DNA of 32,000 nt from Trichodesmium erythraeum IMS101 (lineage in GTDB: Bacteria > Cyanobacteriota > Cyanobacteriia > Cyanobacteriales > Microcoleaceae), in assembly GCF_000014265.1 (NCBI RefSeq), contig NC_008312.1, positions 6,840,001 to 6,872,000 of the forward strand. Direction: 5' to 3'. The notes under the pieces are model-generated. The model was not told where the DNA came from. It worked only from the letters and a program-made list of their open reading frames with translations, and ran no database searches. Within the stretch, counting starts at the first letter, position 1. Every line of letters starts with the position of its first letter. Made by a program: the position numbers and the translations under genes. Positions 27,145 through 32,000 of this stretch are shown piece after piece.

Positions 27145-27475
27145 GGAAAATTCCCCTCCAAGAATAATTCCAACTCTGACAGAAAAAAAATGCTGAGTTC
27201 AAGTTAGTAATTTATGAGAATGGTGATTAAATAGTTTCCTGAAATTACTGAAGGGGTCAAAGTTTTAGATATCAAAAAATCTTACTTTTAACCTTGAAAA
27301 TTATGACTTTTAAGCTCGGTGAAACAGTATAAGTTTTGTCAAAAAAATTGAGTCATGAAAATATATCCACTGAGTTCAGGAGCTTACCCGAGAACCAAAA
27401 TATTTCTCATTCAAAAGTTTTAACAGCTCAAATCTTTATACTTAGTTATATTTTCAGCCCTACTATAAAAAAATC

Positions 27476-27513
27476 GTTATAATTAAATGAAATAGTTATA
27501 ATTAAATGAAATA
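27476..27513. repeat. Perfect 19-bp tandem duplication GTTATAATTAAATGAAATA x2
   Basis: Read directly: 27476-27494 is identical to 27495-27513. Confidence 0.95.
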
Positions 27514-27647
27514 TCTATACCTATCTTATGACTTTTAGCCGACTACAAACAAAAACTTTTTTTTTAGTAATTATCCCGAGAAAATATTATTTAATATGTA
27601 GCCAAAAATTGTAAAAACTCAAAAACTAGAAATAAATTATCAAACTC

Positions 27648-27667
27648 TTGCCCATTGCCCATTGCCC
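27648..27667. repeat. STRR-type heptamer repeat TTGCCCA x2.9
   Basis: ttgccca ttgccca ttgccc, about 145 bp upstream of the glycosyltransferase gene. Confidence 0.85.
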
Positions 27668-27811
27668 TAAAGCATAATCCTAAAAAGTGGTAAAATTTTG
27701 GAGAGAAATCAAAGAAAATTACCATGTTTTTCAAAGTGCTTTTATAGGCTCCTAGGTAGTAAATCTTGAGTTCCTAGTCCTACCTAATCATTTATAAGTA
27801 GAAAAAAATCA

Positions 27812-28915
27812 ATGTCTCGACCAACTTTATATATTGCCATTACTAATCATGGTTTTGGTCATGCGGTCCGTGTATCATCAGTAGCGAATTTGGTACAACA
27901 AATGTGTCCAGACGTTTTATTAATTATGGTGACAACTGCTCCCTATTGGTTACTAGAATCTTATATTTATGGTGATTTTATTTATCGTCCCCGTAGTTTT
28001 GACGTAGGAGTAATTCAATCAGATAGTATAACTATGGATAAACAAACTACCCTAGAAAAATTGCAAGAAATTAAAAAGAAAGAATATTCAATTATTGCTG
28101 GAGAAGTAAATTTTATCAAGCAAAATAAAGTAAATTTATTATTAGCAGATATCCCGCCCATAGCAGCTAAAATTGCTAAAAGTGTAGATATTCCATGTTG
28201 GATGTTGAGTAATTTTGGTTGGGATTTTATTTATCGTCCTTGGGGCGGTGAGTTCATAGAAATTGCTAATTGGATCAGTGAATGTTTTGCTCAGTGTAAC
28301 CGTTTATTTCGACTCCCATTGCACGAATCTATGAGTGCTTTTCCTAATATTTTTGATGTCGGTTTAACTGGGGGAATTCCACGTTATCAACCCGAAGAAA
28401 TTAGAGCAAAATTTAATATTCATGCAGAGAAAGAAAAAACTATTTTACTGACCTTTGGAGGTTTAGGTTTAGATAAGATTCCTTATGAAAATATTGGTGC
28501 TTTTCCCGACTGGCAATTTCTTACATTTGATAATGATACCCCTGAAATTCTTAACCTTATAAATGTGAGAAAAGAATCTCAAAAAAAAGAGATAAACTTG
28601 CCAAATATTCGACCTGTAGACTTGATGCCAATTTGTGGTAGAATAGTTTCTAAACCAGGATATAGTACTTTTGCTGAAGCCTTGCGTTTAGAAATACCTA
28701 TTGTGTCATTAATGAGAGAAGGTTTTGCCGAGTCAAAATTGTTATTAGAAGGAATTCAAGATTATAGTTATCATCAAATTTTGCCTCCAACAGAATTTTT
28801 TCATGATGATTGGGAATTTCTCAAACAACCCCTACAAGCACCCCGTAAATCTGATAAATTAGATAAAAATGGTAGCGAAGCGATCGCTAAATTTATTGTA
28901 GATTATATACAATAA
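27812..28915 (+). CDS. Glycosyltransferase (GT1/GT28 MurG-like fold), function unknown
   Basis: 367 aa. N-terminal LYIAITNHGFGHAVRVSSVA (the G-rich loop typical of GT-B UDP-sugar transferases) and C-terminal ..GRIVSKPGYSTFAEAL..IPIVSL.. donor-binding pattern. Contains a HIP1 site at 28880. Confidence 0.65.
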   Translation: MSRPTLYIAITNHGFGHAVRVSSVANLVQQMCPDVLLIMVTTAPYWLLESYIYGDFIYRPRSFDVGVIQSDSITMDKQTTLEKLQEIKKKEYSIIAGEVNFIKQNKVNLLLADIPPIAAKIAKSVDIPCWMLSNFGWDFIYRPWGGEFIEIANWISECFAQCNRLFRLPLHESMSAFPNIFDVGLTGGIPRYQPEEIRAKFNIHAEKEKTILLTFGGLGLDKIPYENIGAFPDWQFLTFDNDTPEILNLINVRKESQKKEINLPNIRPVDLMPICGRIVSKPGYSTFAEALRLEIPIVSLMREGFAESKLLLEGIQDYSYHQILPPTEFFHDDWEFLKQPLQAPRKSDKLDKNGSEAIAKFIVDYIQ

Positions 28916-29132
28916 TTAAGTTTAACCATCTAATTATATTAGGCCTCTAATATTAAACCTCAAAATTCCTGTTATATCTTCTTAATTTGAGAATAGGGGT
29001 TTAGGTACAAAGTCGATAGGGAGTAGGTTTCTTAGGAATAAGTAACTTAACCCTTAATAGCTAGAATAACAAAAAACATTATTCTTACTTAATTATAAAT
29101 TAATGACTTAAATTTTGAGGAATTGATATTAC

Positions 29133-30812
29133 TTGAAAATCTATTGGAGGAAAACAATTATGATACCTGAAATTAACCTGAATAACTTAATTCAAATTGA
29201 TCTAAACAGTATCATTTTAACTGTAGCTGAAGTCGGAGCCATCATATTAATCTTTTTGGTAATTAGATTTTTTTTCGGCAAAGCATATAAACAATTAATC
29301 AAAGTATCATCTATCAAAACAAATAAAAAAAACGTTGAAATTATATACAAAAATATTCTAACTTTTTTAACTATAAGTTGCTTAATCTCATGCTTATTAG
29401 TAGTCGGAGTTAATGGATGGCTGCTTTTTTATCAAAGAGAAAATTTAATCGAATACCAAACTTCTTTAATTAAAAATATTTCTTGGAATTATCTTATAGC
29501 CATAGGAATTAGAATCCTAAAAGTCTTAGGCATACTAATTATAACTAAATGGAGTATTCCATACATAAACAAATTTATAACCGGGTTAAAAGAGCGGATA
29601 AAAAAAATTGAATCTATCAACGCAAGTGACACCAGTATCGAAAAATTATTTGATTTTTTAAAGAGCAACTTTAATAATCTTATCTGGGTGTTATATTTGA
29701 TAATATCAGCTCAAATAATGCTCTTACCAAAAGTAGTTATTAACTATTTGTATATAGGTTTAAAGATTTACATAATTATTATTATAGGATTAATATTTAC
29801 TAAATCCAATGCTACAATTATTTATACTTTTGATGCTTTTAGCAAGAAATATTCCGAGAAAAAAAATATTTTTGGTTTCTACGAACGCCTAAAAAAATTA
29901 ATACCTCTTGCCAAACGATGTTTTGAATATATAATCTATACTGCTACAGCTACTTTAGTATTTAAACAAGTTGATTTTATTGCTTATTTAGCTCCTTATG
30001 GCACCAAATTTATAGGAGTTATTGGGGTTATATTTATGAGTCGTGTTTTTCAAGAAATTGGTCAACTTTTACTAGCACAAATACTCCTCAGTCAAACTGA
30101 TGCAGATGACTCATCTCAACAGAGAAGAAAAACATTTTTTCCTTTATTTAAAAGTTGTATTAAATACCTGATTTACTTTTGTACAGGCATAGTAATTCTT
30201 TATACTATTGGCATTGACCCGACTCCTATTTTAGCAGGTGTAGGAATCATAGGTTTTGCAGTTGGAATAGGAGCTCAAAGTCTCGTCGAAGATATAGTTG
30301 CAGGTTTCTTTATTTTGTTTGAAAATTATTACTTAGTAGGAGATTTTGTAGAGATAAATGGTATATATGGTGTTGTAACGGGCATAGAATTAAGAACAAC
30401 TCGTATTAATTATGAAGACAAAAATCATATTATCCATAACCGTGATGTTAAAGATATAGTTAATTATCCCAGTTTTGGTAATGCAGTAGTCATGCTCAAA
30501 ATTCCTTATCAAGTCAAGATAAGTCAAGTGCATAAAATTATAGAAAAAGTAGGAAATAAAATCCTAGAAGATTATTCAACAGATATAATTGAACCAACAA
30601 TAATAGAAGGAATAGAAGAGTTTTCTGAACATCAAATATTAGCTGAAATAGTGACAAAAGTTAAGCCAGGAAAACATTTAATGATTCAAAAAATTGTAGG
30701 TTTGATGATTAAAGAAGCTTTTGAGGAAGAAAATATTGATCTTAGAGTGGTTAACCATATCAAACTGAATAATAGTAAACCTATTCCCATATTTTTAAAA
30801 GGTATAGAATAA
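29133..30812 (+). CDS. MscS-family mechanosensitive ion channel (multi-TM N-terminal extension)
   Basis: Signature ..ILAGVGIIGFAVGIGAQSLVEDIVAGFFILFENYYLVGDFVEINGIYGVVTGIELRTTRI... The likely true start is the ATG at 29160, preceded by GGAGG (29146-29150). The track start at 29133 is TTG. Confidence 0.85.
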   Translation: MKIYWRKTIMIPEINLNNLIQIDLNSIILTVAEVGAIILIFLVIRFFFGKAYKQLIKVSSIKTNKKNVEIIYKNILTFLTISCLISCLLVVGVNGWLLFYQRENLIEYQTSLIKNISWNYLIAIGIRILKVLGILIITKWSIPYINKFITGLKERIKKIESINASDTSIEKLFDFLKSNFNNLIWVLYLIISAQIMLLPKVVINYLYIGLKIYIIIIIGLIFTKSNATIIYTFDAFSKKYSEKKNIFGFYERLKKLIPLAKRCFEYIIYTATATLVFKQVDFIAYLAPYGTKFIGVIGVIFMSRVFQEIGQLLLAQILLSQTDADDSSQQRRKTFFPLFKSCIKYLIYFCTGIVILYTIGIDPTPILAGVGIIGFAVGIGAQSLVEDIVAGFFILFENYYLVGDFVEINGIYGVVTGIELRTTRINYEDKNHIIHNRDVKDIVNYPSFGNAVVMLKIPYQVKISQVHKIIEKVGNKILEDYSTDIIEPTIIEGIEEFSEHQILAEIVTKVKPGKHLMIQKIVGLMIKEAFEEENIDLRVVNHIKLNNSKPIPIFLKGIE

Positions 30813-31076
30813 AACTATATTTTCTTACTAGAATGTATAAACAGTTAATTAAAGTTACATTAATTTAAACAAGGCAACAATATGTAAAAGTTATCTGCAA
30901 AAATTTTTAGGTATTATGTAAGTATTCAGCTATTAACTGAGTCCCTAGTAAAAAAACCTGATTCTTAAGTATATTTTTATTTAAAAAATATCCTTTAAGG
31001 TCAAAGGATGCGGCTTTTGTTGTAACATTTAAATTTAGCTAAATTAATAAGGCTTTGAGCAAGCTTCAAAAGCAAT

Positions 31077-31090
31077 AGCTGATAGCTGAT
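31077..31090. repeat. Heptamer repeat AGCTGAT x2
   Basis: agctgat agctgat, 37 bp upstream of yjbQ. Confidence 0.75.
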
Positions 31091-31126
31091 GGTTGAACCT
31101 TTAGAATACTACTAACCAAAAATAAT

Positions 31127-31543
31127 ATGACTCACTATCAACAATTACTGCAAGTTAATACTTCTGGTAAATCTTTATCTAAAATTACTTCTAAAGTAAA
31201 GGAAGCTGTACTTAAGTCAGGGGTAAAAACTGGTTTATGCAATCTATTTTTACGCCATACTTCCGCCAGTTTAATAATTCAAGAAAATGCAGACCCAGAT
31301 GTATTACTTGACTTAGAAAAATTTATTTCTAAATTAGTGCCAGAAGGCAATTATTATATTCATAGTGCAGAAGGACCTGATGATATGCCGGCTCATATTC
31401 GTAGTGTTTTAACTCATACTTCTGAACAAATTCCTATTAATAATGGCAAATTAGTATTAGGTACTTGGCAAGGAATTTATGTTTGGGAACATCGCCAACG
31501 TGGTCATCAGCGAGATTTAGTAATTCATATTAGTGGGGAGTGA
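31127..31543 (+). CDS. yjbQ: YjbQ/UPF0047-family protein (secondary thiamine-phosphate synthase-like)
   Basis: 138 aa. ..LFLRHTSASLIIQENADPDV.., ..EGPDDMPAHIRSVL.., ..LGTWQGIYVWEHR.. are the family signatures. Confidence 0.85.
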   Translation: MTHYQQLLQVNTSGKSLSKITSKVKEAVLKSGVKTGLCNLFLRHTSASLIIQENADPDVLLDLEKFISKLVPEGNYYIHSAEGPDDMPAHIRSVLTHTSEQIPINNGKLVLGTWQGIYVWEHRQRGHQRDLVIHISGE

Positions 31544-32000
31544 TTTTTGATTAATTAACCGATTTTATTCAATATATAGGATTTTTTCTCAAGTAATACT
31601 AACCAGGGAAGGCGATAACAATAACCAGATAAATAATACTATTTCTCAAAAATTTTATTCCTAGGTCGGAAATTGAAAATAAGTTTGGTTTCTTTGGTAT
31701 TACACAAAAAAAAAGGTAAAAAATCAGTTAAAAATATTAGAAGCCAGAGGTTTTTCCCTCTAAATAAAGCGTCTATTTTTAGATTTTATTATATTAATAT
31801 TCTTTGTAATAAAAGCTAGAGAAACTGTTTTTAATATTATCAAAAAAACACTTTCTCTAAACCTTAATAATATCAGGAGAGCAACTTATTAATCTCTATT
31901 CTATTGTGGATAAAAATTAGGGAACAAGTCGGGGAAAACCTATCTAATTTTCTGATTCCTATATATAGTTTTTTTCAAATTAAATCAACACCATAAATGG

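Noticed and set aside
29133-30812. The MscS-family gene looks especially AT-rich (Ile/Lys/Asn-rich), which could indicate horizontal acquisition.
   Set aside because: The bias is largely explained by the multi-TM, Ile/Leu/Lys-rich composition. Without computed statistics or synteny data there is no solid evidence of foreign origin.

Overview
AT-rich cyanobacterial chromosomal segment. I found 12 copies of the HIP1 palindrome GCGATCGC by eye, many heptameric STRR-type tandem repeats just upstream of genes, and long AT-rich intergenic regions, which suggests a filamentous cyanobacterium. The taxon cannot be fixed without a database search. Ordinary content: a partial TPR/glycosyltransferase gene at the left edge (missing from the ORF track), a SAM methyltransferase, typA/bipA, sufE, an XRE-type HTH regulator, a VanY-like M15 peptidase, an FtsH-peptidase-like membrane protein, a 1878-aa CBS-PAS-GAF hybrid histidine kinase, exbB and exbD, a GT28/MurG-like glycosyltransferase, an MscS-family channel and yjbQ. 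Mobile or decayed content: a 1081-bp IS903-group (IS5-family) element at 2603-3683. Its transposase is broken and it has no target-site duplication. It abuts a gene that looks 5'-truncated. The most interesting region is 21.2-27.8 kb, an accessory-looking, sparsely coding stretch with three co-oriented genes. These are a small HTH-like + P-loop (STAND-like) NTPase, a stand-alone PD-(D/E)xK (HsdR_N-like) nuclease, and a 918-aa membrane protein. In the 918-aa protein, 148 residues are encoded by 37 in-frame copies of a 12-bp unit (GGCGTGGCG+NNN). This gives a (GVAX)37 glycine-zipper array fused to an archaeal-type AAA ATPase with a winged-helix tail. The nuclease gene and the large gene share a ~29-bp upstream motif. 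I propose this as a candidate undescribed NTPase/nuclease/membrane-effector conflict (defence or abortive-infection type) module. All functional calls rest on motifs read from the translations. No database search was possible.
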